DNA of 11,592 bases from Paraspadella gotoi (GCA_051294375.1 JBJCIZ010000834.1:1-11592); one strand, 5' to 3'. Shown: positions 1-9,940, counted from the stretch's first letter. Notes: generated by a model from the sequence alone, not told the origin. Translations and numbers: made by a program.

Positions 1-698
1 GGACAGTCTTTAATTTTTTTTGCCCAACCAGTACAGAAAGATTAACTTTTTAAATCTCATTACCATCTTTTAAGTAAATGATTGAAAATCCCCAAGTAGT
101 CAATGAGAATCACACATATGGCCTGAACAAGGAGAAAAAATCGAATAATTTATAAAATTTTTTTTACTCAGTTAAGAGGAAGGGTCATTCAGCTTCACTA
201 TTCATAAACTTTTATGTATTATAGCTATCACGTTAAGAAATACTTTATATGTAAACATTCCGTTTTACATAACTTTTTTAATCGGTAAATGAGAAAAGTG
301 TAAAATTAAATCAGTAAGCACATTTTTCAAAAAATCTTTTTTTATCTGGTTTTTAAAAAATTGTAGGTAAAAAGTTAAAACATGGTAAGGATAAATTTTG
401 AAGAAGAGAGTTAAACAATTAATCTTGTCACTCGGTTTGATTTCCTATTGTGAACAAAATCTTTGGTTAAATAGATGGCAAAGAAATTCAAGCTACATTG
501 AATCTACTCTGAATTTGAAGAGTTGCAGCCTAAACGACTGCAAGAATTTTGAATTAAAAATTTGTTTAGGAATCTTAAAAACATTTGTAGAAAAATAATA
601 GAGAGACATTTTAAGAAAAGTATTCCAGTTAGGAGGAATTTACGGTCAAAGTTTAACAAGTTTGAGCAAACAATGTCGGATCAGCCTACGCAAAATCT

Positions 699-742
699 TA
701 ATTAATTAATTAATTAATCGTTATTAATTAATTTAATTAATT
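699..742. repeat. (TTAA)n-like low-complexity tract inside the element
   Basis: 'aattaattaattaattaatcgttattaattaatttaattaatt'; similar tracts near 1300-1335 and 5345-5385. Confidence 0.8.
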
Positions 743-802
743 TTAATATTTAATAAATAAATATAAATTTTATACCACCTTATCATCATCGATGTCTTAA
801 AT

Positions 803-1250
803 AAAAGTAAATGTGACTATATTTTTTCCATTTAACTATTCCACTGGCACAATTTACCGTCAAAACTTTATATCTAGCTTCTCACAAACTTCCTGCCCAC
901 TCACAAATTTATCTCAATCTATTATGGTTTAAAATAGTAAAAAGAGTCAAGTAAATGTGACTCATATTTTTTTCATTTAAACTCATTTCCACTCGTACCG
1001 AAAACTTTATATCAAGCTTCATCACACATTTCCTACCCCACACAAAATTTGAACTCAATCTATCCATCCATTATAAATTAATTTAGAGTATATTTTGGTT
1101 AAAATAAGTAAAAAGATTTTAGTAAATGCACTTGTTTTTCCATTTAAAACTTCATATCCACTCACACGCATTCCGACGAACTTTATATCAGCTTTATCAC
1201 ACATGTCCTACCAACACACAAAATTTTATTCCATCCACCAGCCAATCACG
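803..1250 (-). repeat. About three diverged internal tandem units (~145-170 bp) of the element
   Basis: 'gtaaatg..ttttccatttaa..ccact..actttatatc.agctt..cacaca.ttccta.cc..cacaaaattt' recurs at ~807, ~951 and ~1122, with a further degraded unit at ~1410-1520. Confidence 0.85.
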
Positions 1251-1669
1251 AGTTATTGGGCTTTTTGCTAAGGTGGACGGATGGACGGATTGATTGACTA
1301 ATTATTAATTAATTAATTGACTAATTGAGTAATTAACTGATTATTATTTGATTTATTAATACATCTGCCATATACATTTAATATAAAAGGAAAAAAATCA
1401 TAATCAATTAGTGAAACAGTTTTTGTTTTTTTCCATTAACTATTTCAAATAACGACTTCAATCGAACTTGGTTTCCTGTTCAATACACACTTTTTCTACT
1501 CACATACAAATTTCAAATAATCGCCCCATCCCTTCATAAGTAATTTCGTGTTCAAATAGTGAATATATTTATTTTATTATCATTCTCGCATTCAATTTCA
1601 TACAGTATCACACTCGCACATTTCTCAATCCATATCACAGCAGTAATTAGGTTTTTGCTAAGGTGGGAT

Positions 1670-1702
1670 GGACAGACGGACGGACAGACAGACAGACAGA
1701 CA
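1670..1702. repeat. (GACA/GACG)n microsatellite core of the element
   Basis: ggacagacggacggacagacagacagacagaca. Confidence 0.9.
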
Positions 1703-2919
1703 ACGACATCGTTTTTTTGGCCAACATTTATATAATTCTCATGTCTCTGTATGATATACAGTGACTGGCCGACAATATTGAGGGCGCAGACCGACGCGAC
1801 ACAAAGTGAATTATAGGTCGGATCTGTGAAGCAGATTGGCACTAAAAATTCACAAAATATCAGGACGGATTAGGCTTTTTTGTTGACCTGAACCTCTTCT
1901 GATAGGTTTGCTTTTATTTTATATTATAATTCAAATCGAATAAAAATCGATTAAATGCATCTAAGTGGAATACATTTTCGATCGCCAGAAGCTCAGCTTT
2001 TTGAATCTGAACTTCATTTTGACCAATCTTAAGTGGTTGAATGACCCTTTTTCTTAACAGTTATTATCAAAATCAGTTATTAATCTTTTTTTAATTCAAA
2101 GAGAGCATGTCACTATACTCTAGCTAAAATAGTTTCTGACGAATTCTTGGCGGCTAATAAACACAGGGGTTTGTAATATTCATGTATATATATATAAGGT
2201 AACAAATACAAAATAATAATAAGGGAAACGTTTCCTTCGGAGCCAGGCTAAAACTACCAAGATTTCGAGAGAGCAAACGAAAGTACAATTGTTTACATTT
2301 TACAAAGAGAAAAGTGGTCATTTCTAAAACACTGGGCCGAGATTTCTTTGGTTGCACCAGGAGTATTCTGACACCCCCCTCCTAAAATATAATTAATTAA
2401 AGTACTATTAATTATTCAAAGAAAACGAAAAGAAATGGAGGACGAGCAAAAAAAAATACTAAACAATACACCGTGGCGATTGTGAATATAAACGAATAAG
2501 ACAAAGCAAATGCTCTAAAATAGTTAGGAGCTAAAAGGTAAGCGCGCTAAATAATTAGGATTAAAACAAGTTGGATAAATGCGCTAAACAGTCATAAACA
2601 CTAAAAAAAAAGACACGTCATAAAGGAATAAAAGGAACAGATCTGTAGAAATTCAAATTAAAATACAGTATCAATAATCAATCAATCAAAACCAATATTT
2701 GGCAACCAAAATGTGAAACCAAAAGCTAAAATTGTTTACATATTTCCTCGGCAACCTCAGCCTAACTCTGACAGGTGTGTGTAACGCCATTGTCTAGTTT
2801 TGAAACTAAATATGAAATTTGATTAGACTCATCTTACTAGCTGTCTAATAACTCGAATTTTAATATCAAAACTTTTTCTATTAATATATCCAAACTCATA
2901 TTGATGTAAAAAAAAATGA

Positions 2920-3047
2920 TCAAAATATTCCTTTCATCAAGTCTGTAATTACTATTGGATCCTCGACATGGGCTGGCCAGAGAACACTTAGACTTATGAC
3001 ATCGGGATCATCTTGTTGTTGTTCGCCTTTGACATCTATGGTGTGTC
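2920..3047 (-). other. Possible coding exon (weak)
   Basis: Island richer in GC than its flanks, after an acceptor-like 'ttttgaacttcag'. One frame reads (G)HTIDVKGEQQQDDPDVISLSVLWPAHVEDPIVITDLMKGIF*. The copy near 7480-7608 is frameshifted and partly replaced. Confidence 0.22.
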
Positions 3048-3203
3048 CTGAAGTTCAAAAATTAATTAAGTGATAGAGATTGATTGATCGAATTACAATA
3101 AAATATAATAATAAGTGGTTGATATTGAATGATCGAATATACTCGCAATAAAACTTTTGTGATTGATTGATAATAATTATGACATATTTGATTAGCTGTT
3201 TAC

Positions 3204-3307
3204 TGTCGTTGCTAAGATACAATAGTGTAACGAATCAGTCCCGTACAATCTAATGCAGAGGTCACCGATTTCAACCGTATCGTGAATAGGAATGCATTTA
3301 ATTCTTC
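3204..3307 (-). other. Possible coding exon (weak)
   Basis: Acceptor-like 'tattcatttgcag' and donor-like 'gtaaac'. One open frame reads (G)RIKCIPIHDTVEIGDLCIRLYGTDSLHYCILATT. The copy near 7770-7871 keeps 'ttgcag' but is frameshifted. Confidence 0.22.
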
Positions 3308-3485
3308 CTGCAAATGAATAGACAACTAACAAATTAAACTTATTAATTAAATTAATTAACTTTTCATTCCCATGATTATTATTATTGTCAAAATGTTAAT
3401 GTATAATGGAATCAGGTATTGTGATAAAAATTTAACTCTCAATAAGATTCTGACTTGACATCATGCACATGGACGGTCATGAATA

Positions 3486-4597
3486 ATTTTAAATCGATCG
3501 TATCATTCCTGACTCTATATCATTTCTTCCTTCATCCACCTCTTTTGGATCTGTTAGTCTCATCATGATTATGCTAATTCAGAGAAAAGATGTCTTCCTC
3601 GTCCATTCCCTTAGCAAAACTCCATATCGCGTGATTGATGAGTGGATGTATAATCTTTGTTTGTCGTGGAGTGTTGTGAGCTTGCATATAATTTTCATGA
3701 ATGGCGGTGAAAACAGTTATGGAAAAAACATAAGTACATTAACTTAAATCTTTTACTAATTTTTTTAACCCATAATTACTCAAATATTCCATATTGCGAA
3801 AGATAGATTAGCATTATTTTGTTGCGGTAGGAGTAAGTGTGTGATGAAGCTGGTGATATAAAGTTTAGATGGATCGCTTGCAAGTGAACTGAGTTTTAAA
3901 TGAACACATTATTTACTTATTAGATCTCTTAATTCTTGATGGTAGACTATGGGAAGAAATTTGTGTTGGCTAGCATATAAAGTTGCGTTGGAAATCAAAG
4001 ATGCAAATGAACTTGCCAGTGGAAAAAACCAAAGTTCGACGTTCCTTATTAATTTTTATATTTATGTTACTCATAGATCTTTATTCATCATTTTTTAAAA
4101 ATTAATTGTGAAAAATGATTGCAATTAGAAAAAAATGATACAAGTTAATAAAAATTATGGATATTGAAAATAATGCAATTGAGATATGTTTTGGCAAGAT
4201 GAAAGTGATGCAATGCTATGCAATTGAATAATGCAAGTTGAAAGCAATATGCAAGTGTAAAAATGATGCAAGTAAGAGTGCAAGTTAAAAAAAAGATGCG
4301 AGTAGAAAATTCAATGAAAAAAATGCAAGTGTAAAAAAGAAGCCGAGTTATAAAAAATAGAGTTAAAAAAATGATGCGAGTTAAAAAAATGATTGCGTTT
4401 TAAAATGGATGCAAGTTGAAAAATTTGCACAAGTTGAAAAAAAAGCAAGTGAAAATGATGGACTGGAAATATAATAGTTAAAAAAGTATCTTATTTTGTT
4501 TTTTTCTATTACTTATTTATTTTTTATTTATTATTTATTTATTAGCTTTTACTGCTTAATTATCATGGAATTCCGACGTTTTTTGCTCAAACTTGTT
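3486..4597 (+). mobile_element. Degraded or low-quality plus-strand copy of the DINE-1/Helentron-like element, with its 3' end
   Basis: 'cctgactctat', 'cccttagcaaaactcca' and 'acattaacttaaatcttttactaa..aacccataattactcaaa' match 11016-11355. It ends 'ccgacgttttttgctcaaacttgtt' (4573-4597), the reverse complement of the motif at 655-679. Confidence 0.75.
4108..4462 (+). repeat. Minisatellite, ~17-19 bp unit, consensus about AAAAAATGATGCAAGTT
   Basis: 'tgatgcaagt', 'tgcaagttgaaa' and 'atgatgcgagttaaaaaa' recur head to tail over ~350 bp. Confidence 0.9.
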
Positions 4598-4652
4598 TCA
4601 CATTAGCGTAATCAAAAAAGCTCAAAATCATCCTTTTAAGCAAAAAAAGTTA

Positions 4653-7600
4653 GGACAGTCTTTATTTTTTTTGCCCAACCAGTACAGAAAGATTAACTTT
4701 TTTAATTTCTTACCATCTTTTAATTAAATGATTGAAATCCCAAGTAGTATACGAATCTACACAATATATGGCCTGAAACCAAGAGAAGAAAATTCGAAAA
4801 TATTATAAAATTTTTTTTACTCAGTTAAGAGGATAGGCTCATTCAGCTCACCTATCATATACTCTTTCATGTATTTATGCTATTCATCCTGTTAGAAATA
4901 CTTTATATGTAAAAATTCCCGTGTTTACATAACTTTTTTAATCAAGCTAATGAGAAGTGTTAAAATTAAATCTAAGCACATTTTTCAAAAAATCTTTTTT
5001 TATCTGGTTTTAAATATGGTATGTAAAAAAGTTTTTAAAACTGTAAGGCATAATTTTGAAGAGGAGAGTTAAATCAATAATGCTTGCTCACTCGGTTTTG
5101 ATTTCCTTATGTGAACAAATCTTGTAAATAGATGCCCCAAAGAAATTTCAACGCCTACATTGAATCTACTCTGTACTTTAGATTGCAGCATAAACGACTG
5201 CAAGATTTTGAATTTAAAAATTTGTTTAGGAATCTCTAACATTGTAGCAAAATAATAGAGAGGGAGCATTAAAAAGATTGTCCATGTTAGGAGATTCGGT
5301 CAGTTTAAAACAAGTTTCACAAACATGTCGGTCAGCCTACGAAATTTATAATTATTAATTAATCGATTAATTATTAATTATTATTTTATATTTAATAAAA
5401 ATATATTTTAATACCCCTTATCTATCATCGATGTCTTAAAATAAGTAAATGTGGACTTATATTTTTTCCATTTTACTCTTTCACTGCCACATTTCCACGA
5501 TCAAACATTTATATCTGCTCTTCACAACTTTCCTTACCCACTCAAAATATTATCTCAATTCTTTATGGGTTTTAAAAAAGTAAAAAGGTCAAGTAAATGT
5601 GAGCTCATATTTTTTCATTTAACTCATTTCCACTCGTAACCCAAACTTTATATTCAGTTCATCACACTTTCCTACCACACAAATTTTACTATCTTATCAA
5701 TCCATTATAAATTAACTGAGTATATTCTTGCTTAAATAAGTAAAAGTTTTAGTCAAATGCGACTGTTTATTCATTTACAACTTCATATCCACTCACACAT
5801 TTCCGACAAACTTTATATCACTTGATATCACACATTGTTCTACCACACACAATTTTTATTCCGATCCACGCCAATCACGAGTTCATTGGGCTTTTTGCTA
5901 AACGTGAGGCATGGACGATGATGACTAATTGTATTAATTAATGATAATATGATATATTAACTGATCTATTTATTTGATTTATTATTCCATCTGCATATCA
6001 TAATATAAAGCAAAAAATCAATAATCAATTAGTAAACAGTGTTTGTTTTTTTCATTTAACTCATTTCAAATCAACCTTCATCGAAACTTGGTTTCCTGTT
6101 CATCACACACTTTTCTACTAATACAATTTCAAATCATGCCCCCTCCTCTCATAACTAATTGTTGTTCAATAGTGTAAATATTTATTTTATATTCATCATT
6201 GACTATTCAACGATATTAGTCACACCCACTCAATTTTCTTCCTCACATCACGCAGTTAATTTTTTCTGGTTGGAGTGGACGACATCGGACACGACCAGAC
6301 AGACAGCGGAGATCGTTTTTTTTGGCATACTTATTCTAATTCGCAATGTCTCTGATATATTATGATGGCCTGACATATTGAGGGCAGACCGACGCGACGA
6401 CAAAGTGACATTATAGCATCGGATCTGCTGAAGCAATGTGCACTAAAAATTACAAATACTATCAGGCACGGATTAGGCTTTTCGTTTGACTTGCAACCTC
6501 TTCTGATAGTTTCCTTTTATATATATTATATTCAAAATCGATATAATGCCATAAATGCATCAGTGGAATACCATTTCGATCGCCAGAGTCAGCTTTGAAT
6601 TGAACTTCATTTTGACCAACTTAGTGTTCATTACCCTTTGTTCTTAAAGTTATCATATCAAAATCTTACTTATCTTTTTTTAATCAAAGAGGAGGCATGT
6701 CACTATACTCAGCTAAAAATAGTTTTGCGATTCTTGGGCCTAATAAACGGGTTTTATATTCATTGTGCATATAATATTATAAGTCAAAATACAAATAATA
6801 CGATAAGTGAACGGTTTCTTCGAGCCATGGCTAAACATACAACCTTGAAGAGCAAAACGGAAAGTATCAATTTTGTTTATCATTCTACAAAGACTGAAAG
6901 TGTGGTAATTTCTATAACACTGAGGCCAATTTTCTTTGATGTTGCACCGGGTATTCTGACACCCCTCCTAAATATATTAATTAAGAACTATTTATTATTA
7001 AAGGCAAAAACGAAAAGATGGAGGACTAGCATAAATTAGATACTTAAAATATACCTGTGGCTGATGTTTGAATTATAAACGAATAAGACAAGCAATGCCT
7101 CTAATAGTTAGGAGTAAAAGGTAAGCGCGTAAATAATTAGGATCTAAACAGTGCGATATGCCGCTACAATATAACACTAAAAAAAAAGACGTCTTATAAA
7201 GGAACAGAGTGTTGAATTCATTTAACAATTAAATACAGTATCCATTTCATCAATCAAACAATATTTGGAACAATGTATAAACCAAAGCATAAATTGTTAA
7301 TTCTTCGGGCAACCTAGCCTACTCTGCAGTGTGGTGTACCCATGTCTAGTTTTTGAAACAAAATGAATTTATAATATCTTATATCTTAATAACTCGAATT
7401 TTAACTATCAAAACTTTTTCTTTAATATATCCAATATATGGTGAAAATGATCATTCCTCACGAGGTGGGCGTAAAGGGGGGCTTTGGTTCCTCGACTGAG
7501 CTTGGAGGGATGGTGAGGGGGGAAGTGATGGTGGATTTTGTCCAATGTGGCAGAACTTGCTCGACATCGGATCATCATTGTGTGTTCGCCTTTGACTCTA

Positions 7601-8005
7601 TGGTGTGTCCTGAGCTGTAAAAATTAATTAAGTATAGAGATTGATTTGATCAAAATTACAATAAAATATTAATACTAAGCTGGTTATTGATTATGATCGA
7701 ATATACTCGCAATAACAATCTTTGGATGACTGATTAATTCATGCATTATTGATTAGGCTCGTTACGTCTTGCTAATTACATATTTGTACGTAATCCCGAT
7801 CCCGTACAATCTAATCCAGAGCGTCACGATTTCAACCTTATAGTGATAGTGAAATGGCATTATAATTCTCTCTGCAATGATAGCAACTAACAATTATTAT
7901 TAATAAATAATTAATTTTCCATTCCATGATGATTTTATTGTCAAAAGTTTAGCTATATGGAATCAGGTATTGTGTAAAATATTACACTCTCATAAGATTT
8001 GATTG
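4653..8005 (+). repeat. Tandem segmental duplication, copy 2 (of 1-3460)
   Basis: Collinear with 1-3460. The offset drifts from 4652 to about 4551 through accumulated indels. Confidence 0.95.
5309..6449 (-). mobile_element. Duplicate of the 655-1848 DINE-1/Helentron-like element
   Basis: 'aacaagttt' at 5309, 'tcggatctgctgaagcaa..cactaaaaa' at 6419-6449, and the same internal repeats and flanks. Confidence 0.75.
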
Positions 8006-8630
8006 TTATATACAAGATGTGTCTTTGAAACATTTTACGCTAAAGCTTCTACATTAGAATATTATTTAGTGTTCATTTTCAAATCGTCTCTTATTCATAA
8101 AAATCAAGATTCAAAACTTTGCATAAAGCAATATCGTAACTTTTAAAATTGCTCTGGCGTTAGCTTTTTTAACCAAAGAACATAAGTTCATTTCTCAACC
8201 AAAGAAGGAAAAAGAAAATGATCGATTCATGTATTTATTTTAATTAACTTTAAAGTGTATAATTTGAAAAGTGCTTTCTACAAATGTTATTAGACAAATA
8301 AGTGCTTCTCATTGTCAATATTGTGTCCATTTTGAATTCCATTTTAGGCGTATGTATTAGAATAAGACAGAAATTCTTTACTTTTGCATTTACTTTTTTT
8401 GTGCTGTAGAGATTGAAATTTGAAAAAAAAATTAGTTGGTACCTAAAGACAAGATGGATGACGCATAGTATAGCCTTCTTCCATAGCATGACAAGCAAAA
8501 ATCGGATGCGTCAGCATTAGGAAACAAGTTCGTTCGCAACTTCAGTTCACAGACCTGAAAATAAAACAGTAAATATACTAAACTAGTTTGACAATTAACA
8601 CAGATATCGGCTTTACTAATGATTAATGAC
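8000..8630 (+). repeat. Segment duplicated at 9061-9720
   Basis: Shared anchors include 'tctacattagaatat', 'aaaatcaagattcaaaa', 'cctaaagacaagatggatgacgcatag' and 'ctgaaaataaaacagtaaatat'. Confidence 0.93.
8443..8554 (-). CDS. Cys-rich exon of a putative secreted peptide gene (copy 1, frameshifted)
   Basis: Strong acceptor 'ctgttttattttcag' and donor 'TTAG|gtacc'. It encodes FPNADASDF and SCYGRR, with indels relative to copy 2. Confidence 0.6.
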
Positions 8631-8799
8631 ATAAAGGTAAATACAGCAACATAAGTATAAATATACTACACAACCATATAAATAATAAATTATTATTTAA
8701 CATTCTTCATCGATATATTTTAAGATGTAAATTTTTCATGCTGAAGATTTTTCAAATTTTAAAAGTAAAACGATATTTACCTCAATTTGTAAGACTTAC

Positions 8800-8924
8800 T
8801 GGCAGTACATCTGGTCACATTGTTTGGACACACCATTAAAATCCAGAACTGGAGGTGGATTTTGCATTGACTTGTCCACCATCAAAATACAAAGCAGCTA
8901 GAAGCAGCACCAAATTATCTTCAT
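8800..8924 (-). CDS. First coding exon (signal peptide plus start of Cys-rich region); exon spans 8931-8800
   Basis: Acceptor 'aatatttcag', ATG 7 nt into the exon, and a consensus donor 'gtaagt' (8799-8794). The ATG frame reads MKIIWCCF*LLCILMVDKSMQNPPPVLDFNGVSKQCDQMYC. The other frames give LVLLLAALYFDGGQVNAKSTSSSGF and VCPNNVTRCTA. A hydrophobic leader is present either way, but an error correction is required. Confidence 0.6.
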
Positions 8925-9035
8925 TGTGATTCTGAAATATTTAAATGAGAAAAAAAAAACGTAATGCCCTACACTGGTTATTTCCTCAACATTACATTCT
9001 AATATCCTATATTTTAAACGACTAATAATATTTGT

Positions 9036-9060
9036 NNNNNNNNNNNNNNNNNNNNNNNNN
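9036..9060. other. Assembly gap (25 N)
   Basis: Run of exactly 25 n. Confidence 1.
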
Positions 9061-9460
9061 CATTCTGACTTGCTTCATATACAATGATGTGTCTTGAAAA
9101 CATTTTTTACTCTAACAGATTCTACATTAGAATATAAATTTAGTGTTCATTATGTTCAAATCTCTCTTATTCATTAAAAAATCAAGATTCAAAAACTTGT
9201 CATAAGTAAATATCTAACTTTTAAAAATTGCTGGTTAAGCTTTTTTAACCAAGAAATAAGTTCAATTATTCAACCAAAAGAAAGGAAAAAAAATGATCGA
9301 TTTTCTTATGTATTATTTTAATTAACTTAAATTATAATTTGAATCAATTTTCTACAAATGAAATTATTAGACAAATAAAGTGCTTCACTTGTCAATATCT
9401 TGTAGTCCAGTTTTGAATTCCATATTTAGGCAAAGTATGTATTGAACTAAGGACAGAAAT

Positions 9461-9492
9461 TCATTTACTTGTTGCATTTACTTTTTGTTTAC
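9461..9492 (-). CDS. Possible short terminal coding exon after a 45-nt intron
   Basis: Intron 9537-9493 'gtaatc...tttttttttcttc..tattcag', then (G)KQKVNATSK*. Copy 1 has an equivalent acceptor 'ctctacag' at 8404 and AATAAA at 8239-8234. Confidence 0.35.
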
Positions 9493-9537
9493 CTGAATAG
9501 ATATGAAATTTGAAGAAAAAAAAACTAGTTGGATTAC

Positions 9538-9650
9538 CTAAAGACAAGATGGATGACGCATAGATAGCCTTCTTCCATAGCATGAGCAAGCAAAATCGGA
9601 TGCGTCAGCATTAGGGAAACAAGTTCCTTCGCCAACTCCATAGTTCACAG
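9538..9650 (-). CDS. Cys-rich exon (copy 2)
   Basis: Acceptor 'ttttattttcag' and donor 'TTAG|gtaat'. An open frame reads VNYGVGEGTCFPNADASDFACSCYGRRLSMRHPSCL*, containing GxC and CxC motifs. Confidence 0.65.
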
Positions 9651-9870
9651 CTGAAAATAAAACAGTAAATATATTCTAAACTAGTTTGACATTTAATATA
9701 AATCATAGCTTTATTAATGATTAAAATACAAATAAGGTAGAAAGTAAGACATTTAGGCCAATCTCTCTCTTAAAAAGTATTTAGGTTTTATCCTGAACAT
9801 ATCAACTTTATTATTCAAGATTTAAATGTGATAGTAGGTCAAAACAAAATAGTTAATTTAAAAACTTTAC

Positions 9871-9917
9871 CTTGTTTTGGTCTTCAGAGGTTTGGTCTTG
9901 AGATATTTTAGTTATTT
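9871..9917 (-). other. Putative non-coding first exon
   Basis: Starts ~30 nt after TATATAAA at an Inr-like TCAAAT and ends at the donor 'CAAG|gtaaagt'. This fits the ATG exon having its own acceptor. Confidence 0.45.
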
Positions 9918-9940
9918 GAATTTACATTTCAGCAAAGTCA

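Larger units (their letters stand above)
655..1848 (-). mobile_element. Non-autonomous DINE-1/Helentron-like element
   Basis: Read on the minus strand it shows a TTTTTA start, a short hairpin with gatccgac (1817-1840), a (GTCY)n microsatellite (1670-1702), internal tandem repeats, a 3' subterminal copy 'gctgatccgac' (675-685) and an 'ACTTGTT' end (655-661). It matches the plus-strand copy at 10987. This is the known DINE-1/HINE architecture. Confidence 0.75.
1..3460 (+). repeat. Tandem segmental duplication, copy 1 (of 4653-8005)
   Basis: Collinear throughout: 'ggacagtcttta..ttgcccaaccagtacagaaagattaac' occurs at 1 and 4653, and 'tggaatcaggtattgtg' at 3407 and 7958. Differences are mostly 1-2 nt indels. 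Confidence 0.95.
9061..9720 (+). repeat. Second copy of 8000-8630
   Basis: Collinear from the gap edge; similarity stops after 'taatgattaa' (~9724 versus ~8626). Confidence 0.93.

Noticed and set aside
1552-1842. 96-aa ORF containing CLSVCPSVCPS
   Set aside because: It is a translation of the (GTCY)n microsatellite and element core. The ORFs at 6159, 6248, 3565 and 11113 also lie within the element.
4108-4462. CRISPR-like periodicity
   Set aside because: The units are head to tail and degenerate with no unique spacers, no cas genes are present, and the context is eukaryotic.
6638-7039. Longest ORF (133 aa)
   Set aside because: No recognisable motif, and the frame is not preserved in the duplicate copy (~2050-2450).
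7438-7620. Gly-rich 60-aa ORF
   Set aside because: It arises from the G-rich patch that is absent from copy 1.
8898-8900. In-frame TAG as evidence of readthrough or a variant genetic code
   Set aside because: The region is error-rich and a one-base shift gives a better signal peptide, so sequencing error or pseudogenisation is simpler.
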